Shown here in pieces: positions 33,709 through 33,840 of a DNA stretch of 33,840 bases. Positions within the stretch are counted from its first letter, which is position 1. Every line of letters begins with the position of its first letter. Made by a program: the position numbers and the translations under genes. Under the pieces are notes generated by a model. That model was not told where the DNA came from. It saw only the letters and a list, made by a program, of their open reading frames with translations, and ran no database searches. This stretch comes from Octopus bimaculoides (lineage: Eukaryota). The stretch spans positions 116,983,085 through 117,016,924 of the forward strand of contig NC_068983.1 of assembly GCF_001194135.2 (NCBI RefSeq), in the 5' to 3' direction.

Positions 33709-33840
33709 TAGTTTTATTTTTATAACGTGCTTTCACTTCACTACCGAGCGCAGCTCTGTGCGCCTTGGGTATGTGCTGTGGTTTGCTGTGGTGCTCTTAT
33801 GTTTACTGTATTGAAAGTGTTTTGCGTAGAATGTGTGCAG
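33705..33840 (-). mobile_element. R4/Dong-like LINE 3' end, second copy, cut by window end
   Basis: Near-identical to 32219-32360 (TTCAGTAGTTTTATTTT..CTACCGAGCGCAGCTCTGTGCGCC.TGGGTATGTGCTGTGGTTTG). Confidence 0.9.

Overview
AT-rich, microsatellite-dense animal genomic DNA from a gapped draft assembly (N gaps at 1711-2091, 20966-20975, 22469-22583). The SINE/LINE/mariner repertoire resembles Octopus, but that assignment is my inference. The only intact protein-coding sequence is an uninterrupted 371-aa class A GPCR ORF on the minus strand (12744-13859). It looks like the FMRFamide/myosuppressin/sex-peptide-receptor-like group, carries a non-canonical ENY in place of DRY, and has a splice acceptor 11 nt upstream of its ATG. 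The rest is mostly decayed mobile DNA: tRNA-derived SINEs (one nested in another with an 11-bp TSD), two DD34D-type mariner relics, one internally deleted maT/DD37D-like element, R4/Dong-type RLE LINE fragments often sitting in (TAA)n arrays, an RTE LINE, and Penelope-like (PLE) RT/GIY-YIG fragments. The most unusual region is 21.4-25.6 kb, which holds three long, gap-free inverted repeats. Two are tight hairpins built from head-to-head hammerhead-ribozyme-like modules, and the 22 kb pair shows a compensatory base-pair change in stem III. Most short ORFs in the track are microsatellite or transposon artefacts.
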